A DNA stretch of 32,000 nucleotides, from positions 60,001 to 92,000 of the forward strand of contig NC_008698.1 of the NCBI RefSeq assembly GCF_000015225.1. The letters are read 5' to 3'. A program made the position numbers and the translations under genes. Position 1 is the stretch's first letter; the number at the start of each line of letters is the position of its first letter. Below the pieces are notes generated by a model. The model did not search any database. It was not told the DNA's origin and saw only the letters and a program-made list of their open reading frames with translations. Below are positions 31,626 through 32,000 of this stretch, one piece after another. Origin of the DNA: Thermofilum pendens Hrk 5. Lineage in GTDB: Archaea; Thermoproteota; Thermoprotei; Thermofilales; Thermofilaceae.

Positions 31626-32000
31626 TAGTTATCGCCCTAACAACCCTTGCTACGTGTTCCCCGGCCTCCCTCGCGAATGCATTCATGCTGGCATACGCGA
31701 AGTCTACAAGCGAGCTTTCAAGCTGTCCAGAGACCTCGACGAGCATGCCGAAGTACCTGCCGGCAAGCCCCTCCACGTACTCCGCTAGGCTACCCGAGCT
31801 CCTGGAGGCTTCTCTCAGCAACAGCCTCGTGCTACCGCTGTCCACTACCCCCCTTTCCGCGTCCGAGAAGTCATCGAGAACTTGGTACAAGAGCCCGAAA
31901 AACCTGCCGTACACCCTCCCGCTCTCTACGATGTCGCGCCTCCCGATTGCTATAAGCGGCAACGTGCACGAAGCCTCAAAAACGGCCGCCGTCTTGTATT
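31588..32000 (-). CDS. polyprenyl (trans-isoprenyl) diphosphate synthase, N-terminus outside the window
   Basis: The frame is open to the right window edge: ...YKTAAVFEASCTLPLIAIG (conserved KT block) and GRFFGLLYQVLDDFSD (second aspartate-rich DDxxD motif). The TTG at 31962 used by the ORF track is an internal Leu codon. The 3' end overlaps the methyltransferase start by 38 nt. Confidence 0.8.
   Translation of the reverse strand, partial: YKTAAVFEASCTLPLIAIGRRDIVESGRVYGRFFGLLYQVLDDFSDAERGVVDSGSTRLLLREASRSSGSLAEYVEGLAGRYFGMLVEVSGQLESSLVDFAYASMNAFAREAGEHVARVVRAITSGKHGVGKFQRT

Noticed and set aside
1-32000. Scan for CRISPR arrays, tRNA/rRNA genes, transposases and long direct or inverted repeats
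   Set aside because: No regularly spaced repeats, no tRNA-like GC-rich cloverleaf segments (no GGTTCGAATCC-type T-arm) and no IS-type ORFs were seen by eye. A computational repeat and tRNA scan was not possible, so short or degenerate elements could have been missed.

Overview
This is a densely packed chromosomal segment with about 41 protein-coding genes on both strands. Many neighbours share 1-4 nt start/stop overlaps, and four convergent gene pairs overlap at their 3' ends. Codon usage (AGG/AGA Arg, ATA Ile), K/E-rich proteins, TATA boxes about 25-35 nt upstream of start codons and the gene content suggest a hyperthermophilic crenarchaeon, possibly Desulfurococcales-like; the taxon is inference only.

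Recognisable genes:
- Central metabolism and enzymes: aspartate-type aminotransferase, GlmS, AMP phosphorylase, a tungsten-type aldehyde:ferredoxin oxidoreductase with a MoaD-like gene, enolase, the ADP-forming acetyl-CoA synthetase beta subunit, a DegT-type sugar aminotransferase, two sugar-phosphate nucleotidyltransferases, and isochorismatase-like, HD-domain and MTHFS-like proteins.
- Other functions: the HTH-fused CTP-dependent riboflavin kinase (RbkR type), archaemetzincin, a Trbp111-like tRNA-binding protein, XerA recombinase and a DUF151 nuclease.
- Isoprenoid/quinone block: polyprenyl synthase, membrane-anchored UbiE-like methyltransferase, PadR and geranylgeranyl reductase.

I saw no rRNA, tRNA, CRISPR array, transposase or viral gene.

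Best candidates for something undescribed:
1. A translationally coupled four-gene operon (1-3123, minus strand) led by a Ras/Rab-like small GTPase. It lacks the catalytic Gln, and its three partners match no family I recognise.
2. A glmS / GlmU-like / QxxRW-type membrane GT2 operon that looks like a GlcNAc-polymer or oligomer synthase module.
3. An AOR / MoaD-GG / V4R-like / YkgJ cluster.
4. A coupled unknown / DUF151 nuclease / XerA operon.
5. A 342-nt gap of normal GC content with no ORF.

All family calls come from reading motifs by eye. No database search was possible.
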